A stretch of DNA of 64,000 nucleotides from a virus: positions 1,139 through 65,138 of the IMG/VR virus record IMGVR_UViG_3300005669_000010, one strand, 5' to 3'. Positions 37,922 through 46,655 of the stretch are shown here, piece after piece. Within the stretch, counting starts at the first letter, position 1, and each line of letters begins with the position of its first letter. The position numbers and the translations under genes are program-made. The notes below the pieces were generated by a model. The model did not search any database and was not told the DNA's origin. It worked only from the letters and a program-made list of their open reading frames with translations.

Positions 37922-38776
37922 TTGAATCAAGAACTTGCATTGCTCATCGGAAAAAGGTTTATCCAAAGGCGTGACATCAAGGCCGTGCAGATCGCGCTGC
38001 GCGACCGTGTTATCTACATGCCTGACCGCGAGATGAAGCATCTCGGACAAGATGCTCCACTGGGATTCCTTGTTCCACATCTTCACAGACACCTGGAAGG
38101 ACTGTCGACCTACGGACATTACCTTCTGGACCACGAGGACAACTGCCGAGTATTCACCTTCGACATCGACCTCAAGTCGAATGACGACAACTTTACCGGC
38201 TACTACATTCCGACCCCAACGACTGGCGCTGTCCTCACCGAGGAAGAGTGGGAACAGCACTCTGCGCCTGTCGCTTTCGATCCGAGGTCGAGCTGGGCGG
38301 ACCGAGCTCACCCTTCCCGCAACTGGCTGAAGCTCCAGATGGGAATGCTTGCAAGGAAGCTTGTCTCGGGCATTCAGGAGAACCTCGGCATCAAGTGTGC
38401 AGCTGCCTACTCGGGCAACAAGGGCATTCACGTCTACGGATTCTTTGAGACGCCGGTTCAGGCAGCGGTCGCAAGGCGTGCCGCAAACCTCGTTCTCAAT
38501 GCCTCCCAGGAGTGGGAACTGGCCCGCGGCCAGCAGGAGTGGAAGTACTCACTGGATGACCCTTTCCTTGGCTACCCAAACTTCAGTCTTGAAGTTTACC
38601 CCAAACAGGACAGCCTCGATGGCAAAGACCTCGGCAACCTGGTACGACTCCCACTTGGTCGGAATCTGAAATCACCAGATCCGACCTTTTTTCTTGACCT
38701 AACCACGCCGCCCGGCGTGATGCAGCCTCATCCCGATCCGGTGAGACTGTTGACCGAGGGAGACCCGTACCAGTAG
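37922..38776 (+). CDS. archaeo-eukaryotic primase (AEP) domain protein
   Basis: FDID, YSGNKGIHVY, EVYPKQ, GNLVRLPL. Confidence 0.85.
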   Translation: MNQELALLIGKRFIQRRDIKAVQIALRDRVIYMPDREMKHLGQDAPLGFLVPHLHRHLEGLSTYGHYLLDHEDNCRVFTFDIDLKSNDDNFTGYYIPTPTTGAVLTEEEWEQHSAPVAFDPRSSWADRAHPSRNWLKLQMGMLARKLVSGIQENLGIKCAAAYSGNKGIHVYGFFETPVQAAVARRAANLVLNASQEWELARGQQEWKYSLDDPFLGYPNFSLEVYPKQDSLDGKDLGNLVRLPLGRNLKSPDPTFFLDLTTPPGVMQPHPDPVRLLTEGDPYQ

Positions 38777-38788
38777 CAGGAAAGAGAA

Positions 38789-39022
38789 TTGAAGAAACTT
38801 CCCCGCCCTGTAACACTAAGGGACCCAAATCTTCCACATCAAGTTGTATTCTTTTATGGCGAAGGAGGCGTGCATGTCTCGTGCAACTGCCTCTGTGTCG
38901 GCGACGAAGAATACATCTCGATGGGCAAACCAGACGGAGATCTCGCCATGTCCAGATGGCTATACAACAACCGTGCCAATCACCGGAAGTCTTTTGAGCG
39001 AGAGGACTTCGCGAAGTGGTGA
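38789..39022 (+). CDS. hypothetical protein
   Basis: Fills the gap in the operon. Confidence 0.55.
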   Translation: MKKLPRPVTLRDPNLPHQVVFFYGEGGVHVSCNCLCVGDEEYISMGKPDGDLAMSRWLYNNRANHRKSFEREDFAKW

Positions 39023-40998
39023 ATGAGCCGATTGACTTCGAGGCAAGGCTTGCCCAGAGGGAGGCGGAACTTGCGAGCAAGGGGGTAATCAAGCCTCCTG
39101 TTGTTCAGCAACCGCCAGCGGCACAGCCCGAACCTGAGTGGAGCGCAGACGTACTCCTCCCCGACCTCGGTGGGCGCGAACTCACGGACGACGAAAAGGC
39201 GCTTGACAACCTTGTTGACGGAATCACGTTCGTACAGGCGTACAACAAGTGGATTGGTAAGATGCAGGCCGTTCAGACCAAGGAGGACGGCAACGTCATC
39301 TCCTGCCCGCTGCCTGATCACGCCGATCCGCCGCCGAACTATAACGCTTGGTTCAAGTCTGACGGAACGTGGTTCTGCGGAAAGTGCTACGAGGGCGGCG
39401 ACATTCACGATCTCGCCGCAATCGCCTTTGGATACCCCCGTCCGGGGTATCGTGATCGTGAGTATTTCCCCAAGCTTCGACTACAGATGGCCGAATCGTT
39501 CGGCTACAGGACAAAGGAGGTCGCTGGTGGCAAGATTTCATGGATCGAGGAAGAAGCTCCACAGGTTCCTCAAACTCCACCTCCAACGGTCCCTCAACCT
39601 CCAGTACAAGCTGACACACAAGCTGCTGATGCTGGAAATCCAGCTGATGCTGAAGATATTGAAGATGGTGAACCCGGAAACGTAGCCTACCTCTACGCCG
39701 ACGAAGAGGATCTTGAGGTAGTCAACTACCCTACGATCGACTGGAAGAAGATTGTCCCCCAGGACACGTTCGTCTACGAGTACATGAAGGCTTGCACGAA
39801 CGATGACTCCCCCGAGGAATACCACTTCTGGCACGCTCTACTGGCTCTTGGGCTCGTCGTAGGACGAAAGGTCACACTGGACGACACTCGCCCGGTGTAC
39901 GGGAACTTCCTACTTTGCATTCTTGGCGCAACCGGAACCGGCAAGAGCCGGTCACGCGGACATCTGGACCATGTACTCCGTGAATCGGCACCCTACCGCG
40001 AAGATGGCACCGCTACCTCGGGTGTCAAGATTGTTCCCGTTCCGTCATCCGGTGAATACTTGGTTCATCAGTTCCAGTACGAAGGCAAGGACCCCATAAA
40101 CAACAAGACAAGTCTTGGTTTTCAGCCCGTCACAGGCATTGTCGACTTCGATGAGATGTCGGCACTTCTTGCACGAGCAAATCGCATGGGCTCGAGCCTC
40201 AAGCCAACCATCATGCAGCTTGCAGACGCCTCAAACAGCGTTCGCATCGGTGGTCTCCAGCGGGGCGATTTCATCGCTCACCAGCCGTTCTGTTCAATCA
40301 CGGCATCCACCCAACCGAAAGCCATCAGAACCCTGCTATCACGCACCGATACCGGCAGCGGCTTTTTGAATCGGTGGATATTCGCGGGTGGCCCATCAAA
40401 GCAAATCGAAGTTTTGGGCGGTGCGCGTTCGGATATCAGAATCAACCTAGATCAGGCCGTCGTGAAGCTCAACGAGGTTCGCGGGTGGGGGTCGTTCGAG
40501 CGTTCGATCGAGATGGAGGATGACGCATACGAGTTCTACTCAGCGTTCTTCCGAACCAATATCGAGCCGACCAAGTTGAAAGACGAAACGGACCTCCTGA
40601 AGCGTATCGACTTGTTCACCAAAAAGATGATGCTGCTCCTGACGATCAACCTCAAGAAGGAGAAGGTCCCACTCGAGGTAGTGAAGGCCGTCAGGATTCT
40701 GTTCCAGTACGTCATCGACTGCTACGCGATTCTGAACGAGAATATCGGCATCACTGTTATGCAAGACGTGATGACGGAAGTCCAGCGGCACATTGAGCGC
40801 CACCAGTCGAGGACGGGACGGGGTTGCACTCCTTCAGATCTGGTTCGGTACACGAAGCGAAAGAACTACAGCCTCGAGCAGATCAAGAAGGCGCTCGATG
40901 TGATGACATCGCTCGATATCATCGAGTTGGACAAGCCACCGGAGGGAAAGATCGTAAAGGGACGTCCCGCTATCCGGTACAAGGTGGTGGGAGAATGA
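39016..40998 (+). CDS. replicative helicase-like P-loop ATPase (DUF3987-like) with N-terminal CHC2-type Zn finger
   Basis: CPLPDH...WFCGKC..GGD; GATGTGKS; DFDEM; STQP; GFLNR. Confidence 0.85.
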   Translation: MVNEPIDFEARLAQREAELASKGVIKPPVVQQPPAAQPEPEWSADVLLPDLGGRELTDDEKALDNLVDGITFVQAYNKWIGKMQAVQTKEDGNVISCPLPDHADPPPNYNAWFKSDGTWFCGKCYEGGDIHDLAAIAFGYPRPGYRDREYFPKLRLQMAESFGYRTKEVAGGKISWIEEEAPQVPQTPPPTVPQPPVQADTQAADAGNPADAEDIEDGEPGNVAYLYADEEDLEVVNYPTIDWKKIVPQDTFVYEYMKACTNDDSPEEYHFWHALLALGLVVGRKVTLDDTRPVYGNFLLCILGATGTGKSRSRGHLDHVLRESAPYREDGTATSGVKIVPVPSSGEYLVHQFQYEGKDPINNKTSLGFQPVTGIVDFDEMSALLARANRMGSSLKPTIMQLADASNSVRIGGLQRGDFIAHQPFCSITASTQPKAIRTLLSRTDTGSGFLNRWIFAGGPSKQIEVLGGARSDIRINLDQAVVKLNEVRGWGSFERSIEMEDDAYEFYSAFFRTNIEPTKLKDETDLLKRIDLFTKKMMLLLTINLKKEKVPLEVVKAVRILFQYVIDCYAILNENIGITVMQDVMTEVQRHIERHQSRTGRGCTPSDLVRYTKRKNYSLEQIKKALDVMTSLDIIELDKPPEGKIVKGRPAIRYKVVGE

Positions 40999-41363
40999 GT
41001 ATCGAACTCGCTATGCCGGAAATCCCCAGCGACATCTTCAATGCCGCACTGGAGGATCAAGACCTTTTCTACCACGACCGCTGCCGCGAACTCTGGCAGG
41101 AGGTCATCGAGGAGGTCATGGAGGAAGAATACTCAGGCCGCCAGCACCACAACACCGGCACCTACAATCAGGGCTGTCGTGGCCCACTTTGCCGTAAGGC
41201 AAACCGCGAGCACCCCCGCCGCAATACCACCGCTCCAACGCCGCTTCAGCTGCGGGATGAGCGGGTTTACGATCCGGTACTGGAGTACTTCAACGTCATC
41301 ATCCGGCATCGTGTACGAACCGCACAACAAACCATCCTCAAGGAACTGAAGGAGCAAGTATGA
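40995..41363 (+). CDS. hypothetical protein with Zn-binding HxxxxYxxGCRxxxCR motif
   Basis: ATGA coupling; HNTGTYNQGCRGPLCR. Confidence 0.7.
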   Translation: MSIELAMPEIPSDIFNAALEDQDLFYHDRCRELWQEVIEEVMEEEYSGRQHHNTGTYNQGCRGPLCRKANREHPRRNTTAPTPLQLRDERVYDPVLEYFNVIIRHRVRTAQQTILKELKEQV

Positions 41364-42124
41364 GCAAGAAGGCCACGCGCCCCCCGGCGAAGTTCAAGAC
41401 TGCACACATCTCGATGCAGGTCGATGACACCAAGCAGGAGAAGGACGCCGACTACAGGAAGATCTTCGCGCAAGGCTACGATTGGCTCACCGGCACCGAA
41501 GCCAATGCCGAGTCACGGGTCTTCATGAAGAAGTGGGCCGATCACTTCGGCTACCAGCTCGCCACCGTCACTGGCTACGGCACCTGGGTTGCGGTCAAGA
41601 AGAGCCTGATCTACCGGGGCGGTTCCATCGGGCGGCGCTTCGCCCTTCCCGGCAACAAGAAGGCCAAACAGCCGCACGGCCAGAAAGGGGTTGTCTGGCT
41701 GAGTTGGAACATGGGGTCGGCCTACGGCAAGTTCTCGGTCGGATCAGTCCACTTCCTGACCGTTGCGAGCGCCGGGAACACCGACAAGAAGCTCGCCAGT
41801 GACCGCAAGTACCTCCGCGTGTTGCAGCAGTGGTTGACCCGCCGTCGCCAGCTCAAGCACAGCACCTTCCTCGGCGGTGACGCGAATCGAGATGACAAGA
41901 AGTACAACATCTTCCAGAATCTCGCATCGTTCATCACCTGCTGGGACGAGCTGAAGAAGTGGCCCGGCACCGTCCCGAGCGGTCGGCCCATCGACTTCAT
42001 CGCGCGAGACAAGAACAGCAGCCGGGTGAAGTGCGTCAGCGCACGGGTACTCACCGACAAGCAGTTCAAGCTCAACACCGATCATTTCATGGTGGAGGCG
42101 GAGTACGAAGTCAAGGCGCTGTAG
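41360..42124 (+). CDS. endonuclease/exonuclease/phosphatase (DNase I-like) family protein
   Basis: GTE, VH, GGDAN, IDFI, TDH. Confidence 0.85.
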   Translation: MSKKATRPPAKFKTAHISMQVDDTKQEKDADYRKIFAQGYDWLTGTEANAESRVFMKKWADHFGYQLATVTGYGTWVAVKKSLIYRGGSIGRRFALPGNKKAKQPHGQKGVVWLSWNMGSAYGKFSVGSVHFLTVASAGNTDKKLASDRKYLRVLQQWLTRRRQLKHSTFLGGDANRDDKKYNIFQNLASFITCWDELKKWPGTVPSGRPIDFIARDKNSSRVKCVSARVLTDKQFKLNTDHFMVEAEYEVKAL

Positions 42125-42136
42125 CCCCAGCAAGTG

Positions 42137-42177
42137 GAACGCCCCCGTCAGGTGCATCAAGCCTGACGGGGGCGTTC
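42137..42177. terminator. strong stem-loop, probably bidirectional
   Basis: GAACGCCCCCGTCAGG/CCTGACGGGGGCGTTC, perfect 16-bp inverted repeat. Confidence 0.8.
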
Positions 42178-42268
42178 TCGCTCATACGCTAGGCGTTCAG
42201 CTGGACAAAGTCTGAACGATCGCGCCCTAGCGGAGCATCGGGGACACCTCGGTGTCGGCCACAGGTCT

Positions 42269-42298
42269 ACTATAGCCCAGGCACCCCGGCCCTGTCAA
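42269..42298 (-). promoter_or_regulatory. leftward sigmaA promoter with no downstream ORF
   Basis: Minus strand TTGACA-N18-TATAGT. Confidence 0.65.
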
Positions 42299-42646
42299 CC
42301 ACCCGCACTATCCCGCTAACAAGTCGTGCACAAAAAGGTCACCAGGCAAACCTGGCTGGCTATCGGCACTCCCCTATCATATCACTTAGGCAAATCTTAC
42401 CCCATTAAGCGGGTAGATCGCCACGAAGTTACGATCCCGCAGCCACGAGTCAGGTCCTCCATGCGGGACCGAAAAACACCCTTTCTGCTAGGCCTATCAT
42501 CCGGCCCAATAGAAATAGCCTACGTTGATAGGCCTACCTTTTCCTAGGCATATCTCACCCGCTAGACCTAGCAGAATAGGCCGTTTCCGCCCGAGTACCG
42601 GTCGCTCCTGAGCCGTCGATAGGCCTAGCGAAGGTAGGCCTAAGTG

Positions 42647-43170
42647 GTGTCTCCCTAAATTGCCGTGGGGCGATTTCGTGTCTCCCTAAAATGCCCCGAT
42701 TGTCTCCCTTTAATGGCCCTGTGTCTCCCGTTAGGCAATTTAGGGAGACGCTTTTTCGTTGCAATTCCAACGAAAGCGATTTTAGGGAGACGTTTTCTAC
42801 ACACCCCCCCCTCCCCCTCTCTATATCTCCATACTCACATATATATATCCTCGATAGACTTTGACATGAGTCGTCTTATAGGTAGGACTAGGATGGGGAA
42901 TACTGGTACTGACCGATCCAACTGGCCCTTATGCGTGAAAGCGATAGGCCTAGTTTAAACGGGGGTCGGAAAAGTGTCTCCCTAAATTGCACGGCCAGGG
43001 ATATTGCCCGTCATTCCAACAAAAATCGTGTCTCCCTTAATGTCTCCCGAAAAGGACCATACTGATACAGAAAAACACCAGAATATACTAGAATACCAAC
43101 AAAAAAGGGGTATATATATCAGGGAGACAAATCTATGTATTTAGGGAGACAAATTGGGCATTTAGGGAGA
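42647..43170. repeat. 12 iteron-like (GT)GTCTCCCTAAA repeats in both orientations with AT-rich spacers; candidate origin or packaging site
   Basis: Forward copies near 42648, 42679, 42701, 42722, 42975, 43029, 43041; reverse copies near 42741, 42783, 43121, 43142, 43163. Confidence 0.85.
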
Positions 43171-43350
43171 TTTCTTGTATAGATCCTACTTTAACCCCCG
43201 ATTGGCCGTGTAGACCCTACGAATACGCGCACAAAACCAGTCAGTAGACCTATACTTGAGTGTCAGAAAAAATGATATGTACGCGGAGGATGAAGAGCGA
43301 ACGGCGGAGGGAGGGGGGCGCCGATTTTATTGGGTCCGCCGAGGCAGGTG

Positions 43351-43369
43351 TTAGGGTAGCCTAACCTCA
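43351..43369. promoter_or_regulatory. IdeR/DtxR iron box
   Basis: TTAGGGTAGCCTAACCTCA, 17/19 to TWAGGTTAGSCTAACCTWA. Confidence 0.75.
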
Positions 43370-43429
43370 CATGAAAGTATTCACACATGGGCCGATAGCG
43401 TGACCTATCGGCACCCATGTGACGACTGG

Positions 43430-43462
43430 TTATCCACAAGGTGTGTATAACCCTGTGGATAA
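43430..43462. promoter_or_regulatory. three DnaA boxes
   Basis: TTATCCACA 43430, TGTGTATAA 43442, TGTGGATAA 43454; 3-nt spacers. Confidence 0.88.
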
Positions 43463-43473
43463 CCAGAATGGAA

Positions 43474-43489
43474 TGTGACGTGGATCACA
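43474..43489. promoter_or_regulatory. CRP/GlxR site
   Basis: Perfect TGTGA-N6-TCACA. Confidence 0.75.
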
Positions 43490-43510
43490 CAACATCTAGG
43501 CCTAGGTGGG

Positions 43511-44325
43511 TTGACGGGGTCGACTTCCATGCATTAGTGTTGTGCCTAGCACGAACGATTCAACCTAGACCATCGTGGTCAACGACCTCGACACATCTGG
43601 GTTAGAATACGCACATTGTCAATTCCATAGCGCACATCGTGAACACACCTCGCGACATTAGGTGTAGCATGTCCTAGTAGGGCCTCGCTGACCTAACTAC
43701 CGATGATTGTCATGGGACATAGGTAGTAACCCGCACATAAATAGGCCTAGCAAACGACTAGACAACCTAGGCCTAGCGTGGTAGATTGTTCACATCAACT
43801 AAACAACACCTAGTCAAACACCTGGGAACTATACCGTGATAATCGCATAGGCGTAGCGGAAACCCCCGCCATAGGACACGACTGGACACCACGTTGATTG
43901 TGCGCTAGGATAGGCATAGCATCACAACCAAATAGGGATCGGACGACAACCCAGCGCACGACGGGACCGATCTCATGACACTACAGTACAGGGCGTGTTG
44001 TACCCTGTGTGCCGGGTGACTAATCCACCCTAGATCTGAACGACACCTGTAGTCGGTATGCCGACGGTACGACTGGTGCCTAGTATGTGATAGGACGAAT
44101 AGGTAGCGGACCGGCGGCTAGTATGGCGAACGTAGGATGCGCTGTCTTGAATCGTGGCATACCATGATTCTCGTGATTCCTGCTATTAGATCGGCTAGCC
44201 TAGATACCACCACACACACAAACCGAACGGTATGACTAACCTGACCTAGGTCCGTGGTGGTACGACAATTAGGTCACACTAGTTTGTTTGACACCTAGAC
44301 ACCTGGGTGTCATTCATGGTAGTGT
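43511..44325 (+). promoter_or_regulatory. four tandem sigmaA-type early promoters separated by non-coding DNA
   Basis: TTGACG-N18-TAGTGT 43511; TAGACA-N17-TAGATT 43759; TGGACA-N17-TAGGAT 43883; TAGACA-N18-TAGTGT 44296. Confidence 0.6.
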
Positions 44326-44373
44326 TCAACTATCAGTAGGATTCACCACACACCCCGAATGGGAGGCCGTACC

Positions 44374-44544
44374 ATGTCACACCTGTCTAACAACACCCCG
44401 AACGAAACCCCGCTGTGCGCCGCCGACTTCGCCCTCGTGAACGGCTGGGTGCCCGAGATGGGCGACGAAGGAATGACCTTCGAGCCCGGCACCTGCGCTG
44501 CCTGCAACTACGAGGGTATCGTGTTCTCGGAGGTGGCGCTGTGA
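44374..44544 (+). CDS. small early protein (Cys motifs)
   Basis: GGGAGG RBS. Confidence 0.65.
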   Translation: MSHLSNNTPNETPLCAADFALVNGWVPEMGDEGMTFEPGTCAACNYEGIVFSEVAL

Positions 44545-44825
44545 TGCGAACGTTCACCGCCACAGTCCTATTCACCGGCACTGCCCACGAGTCCGTCGAG
44601 TTCACAATCCTCGACTCGGACGAGCACTCCGTCGTCCGCATAGTCCGGCGATGCGACGATCCCGGCAACTCGGCACTCGCCGGACTGATCCAAGCCGGGA
44701 TCGAGCAGTTCTACGGGCTCGGACCCGGAACGGGAGTCCTCTGCCACGGTTGGGCCGTCAAATACGAGTCCAACAGCCCTGACGGCGCAAACCTCGTCGT
44801 CTTCGAGTTCGACTACGATTCCTGA
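44544..44825 (+). CDS. hypothetical protein
   Basis: TGATG coupling; GGAGG RBS. Confidence 0.7.
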   Translation: MRTFTATVLFTGTAHESVEFTILDSDEHSVVRIVRRCDDPGNSALAGLIQAGIEQFYGLGPGTGVLCHGWAVKYESNSPDGANLVVFEFDYDS

Positions 44826-44830
44826 ACTAG

Positions 44831-44859
44831 TTGCATCTTGCCTAGACTTGTGCTAGGCT
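44831..44859 (+). promoter_or_regulatory. repeated early promoter, copy 1
   Basis: TTGCAT-N17-TAGGCT, extended -10. Confidence 0.75.
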
Positions 44860-44902
44860 AGGTGTTGCAAGTTCAATCAAACCCCGAACGGGAGGCATCA
44901 TC

Positions 44903-45118
44903 ATGAAGTTCCTGACCAAGCGCGATCCGCGAGATATCCTCAATCTCGGCTACATCGTGGGCGAGACGTACGACTCGTACGGAGGCGGATACGACACGAT
45001 CATCGGCTACACTGCCGATGGCTGGGTCGAGGTCCGCGACGAGAACGGTCGCCACCGATTCCACTGCACCTCGTCCTACGGTCGCAAGCCGATCGACTTC
45101 AGCGAGGGAGTGGCCTGA
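44903..45118 (+). CDS. hypothetical protein
   Basis: RBS and codon bias. Confidence 0.7.
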   Translation: MKFLTKRDPRDILNLGYIVGETYDSYGGGYDTIIGYTADGWVEVRDENGRHRFHCTSSYGRKPIDFSEGVA

Positions 45119-45119
45119 T

Positions 45120-45521
45120 ATGCCGACCACCGCGAACCCCGCACATTACGAGCGCTCGCTCGGCATTGTGTCCAGCAAGTCCGACGAGTTCTTCAAGCGC
45201 CTTGACCTCGATGAGGTAGTCGAGTACACTGGCGACACGGAATCGCCGGTCGGTTTCGTCCAGCTGGTCAACGTGACCAGTGGGATGGTTCACGAGTACG
45301 TCGCCTCAGGTGGCGATCCGGTCCTCGTCCTCGGCAAAGAGGGAGAGTTCCTCGTGCCGGGTTGGTACATCACCCGAGAGGACGAGAACGGCCTGATCTG
45401 GGCCATGTTCTACGGCGAGGACATGACGCTGCCCGAGGAGAAGGCCCGTGCCGACTACGCCGAGGCCGATGCCGTTCACCAGCACTGGGTCGACCAGTCC
45501 GACTACTACTACGGAGGCTGA
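45120..45521 (+). CDS. hypothetical acidic protein
   Basis: GGGAG RBS; MPTTANP. Confidence 0.7.
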   Translation: MPTTANPAHYERSLGIVSSKSDEFFKRLDLDEVVEYTGDTESPVGFVQLVNVTSGMVHEYVASGGDPVLVLGKEGEFLVPGWYITREDENGLIWAMFYGEDMTLPEEKARADYAEADAVHQHWVDQSDYYYGG

Positions 45522-45522
45522 C

Positions 45523-45735
45523 ATGTGCGAGGCGATCACCAAATCAGGCAATGTGTGCCGCAAGCCCGCAAAGTACTGGGTCCAGATGTCGCCCATGTCC
45601 AATAACCTCATGGTCTGCGGAATCCATCTGGCCGTGACCGTTGACAGGTTCAACAAGTCCCGAGAGCACGTCGCCCCGCGTGTTCTGATCACAGTCAAGA
45701 CACTTTCCACGAGAGGCAAATCACCCTGGCGCTGA
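45523..45735 (+). CDS. small Zn-binding protein
   Basis: CEAITKSG..C...CGIH. Confidence 0.65.
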   Translation: MCEAITKSGNVCRKPAKYWVQMSPMSNNLMVCGIHLAVTVDRFNKSREHVAPRVLITVKTLSTRGKSPWR

Positions 45736-45739
45736 TGAG

Positions 45740-45768
45740 TTGCATTAGGCTTACACCTGTGGTAAGCT
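45740..45768 (+). promoter_or_regulatory. repeated early promoter, copy 2
   Basis: TTGCAT-N17-TAAGCT. Confidence 0.75.
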
Positions 45769-45822
45769 TAGTGTTGTTCACCAGAACAAACCCAAACCAC
45801 TAACCCCCGAAGGGGAGGCATC

Positions 45823-46155
45823 ATGTCTGACTACAGCGACGAGCGTAACGAACGAGGCGCATCGGTCGAATACATCGAGGAGCTCAAGGCCCTCGCACTC
45901 AAGGGATCAGGTATGCCCGCCGACGAGGACGACCGCGAGGAGATTCTCGCCGCGATGTTCGCCCTGATCGTGAGTGCAATCAAGGAGTACGCAGCCGGTC
46001 ATAACTACGTCAACTGGCGTGACCTGGAGGTTGACCTCGCAGAACAGTTCGAGTGCGGCTGGATCAACCCCGACGCCGAGCAGTTGAAGTACCTCGAAGC
46101 GCGTAGCATCGTGCAGGCCTTCGAGCACAAGAACCCGCGTAGGGGGAACGCATGA
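45823..46155 (+). CDS. hypothetical protein
   Basis: GGAGG RBS. Confidence 0.7.
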   Translation: MSDYSDERNERGASVEYIEELKALALKGSGMPADEDDREEILAAMFALIVSAIKEYAAGHNYVNWRDLEVDLAEQFECGWINPDAEQLKYLEARSIVQAFEHKNPRRGNA

Positions 46156-46448
46156 AGAAGCTCGCAGTAGTGGAGGCCGTCGAACGTCGCCGGTCCAGCG
46201 TGAACGGCAATCCCCGCTGGCTCGTCCGACTCGATGACGGAACCTCCTACATGACGGCAACGGACGCCGCAGTCAACTACGGCATTCAGAACAGTGAACT
46301 GTCCAAGCCTAACCAAGTCGAGGTGACCGTTGAGAACGGTCGTATCGTCTACATGGAGCCCGCTGTAGTGGAGCATCGGCAACAGGCGCGGACCAACCAG
46401 CAGAACGCAGCACGCCGACTGGCTCGCAAGGAAGAAAGAGAGTCCTGA
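46152..46448 (+). CDS. hypothetical protein
   Basis: ATGA coupling; SSVNGNPRW motif. Confidence 0.7.
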   Translation: MKKLAVVEAVERRRSSVNGNPRWLVRLDDGTSYMTATDAAVNYGIQNSELSKPNQVEVTVENGRIVYMEPAVVEHRQQARTNQQNAARRLARKEERES

Positions 46449-46449
46449 C

Positions 46450-46620
46450 ATGAAGGAGGATTGCCGACTCTGCCTCTACCGTGGGGCCGCGTGCGACCGT
46501 CACGCGGCATGGGAAGCCTACAAGGAGGCCCGCTCATTCAAGCGCCTCAGTTCCACCGATCTCCAGTTTGCCGAGGACATGTTCACGGCGGGATGGAACG
46601 CCACCAAAGCCACCGATTGA
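46450..46620 (+). CDS. small hypothetical protein (not in ORF track)
   Basis: MKEDCRLC....CDRH...FTAGWNA, 56 aa. Confidence 0.55.
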   Translation: MKEDCRLCLYRGAACDRHAAWEAYKEARSFKRLSSTDLQFAEDMFTAGWNATKATD

Positions 46621-46626
46621 CCTGAG

Positions 46627-46655
46627 TTGCATCTCGCCTAGATTCATGCTAGGCT
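46627..46655 (+). promoter_or_regulatory. repeated early promoter, copy 3
   Basis: TTGCAT-N17-TAGGCT. Confidence 0.75.

Noticed and set aside
42326..42958. Short ORFs in the repeat region
   Set aside because: Atypical composition, no RBS, built from the repeats
42647..43170. CRISPR array
   Set aside because: Repeats are about 11-14 bp, in mixed orientation and irregularly spaced; the Cas4-like gene is an ordinary phage exonuclease
43255..43275. HspR HAIR site (CTTGAGT)
   Set aside because: Only one half-site
43560..43850. DasR (CTAGACCA), Zur/Fur (ATGATTGTCAT, TGATAATC) and GlnR-like sites
   Set aside because: Half-sites or very degenerate matches; not supportable by eye
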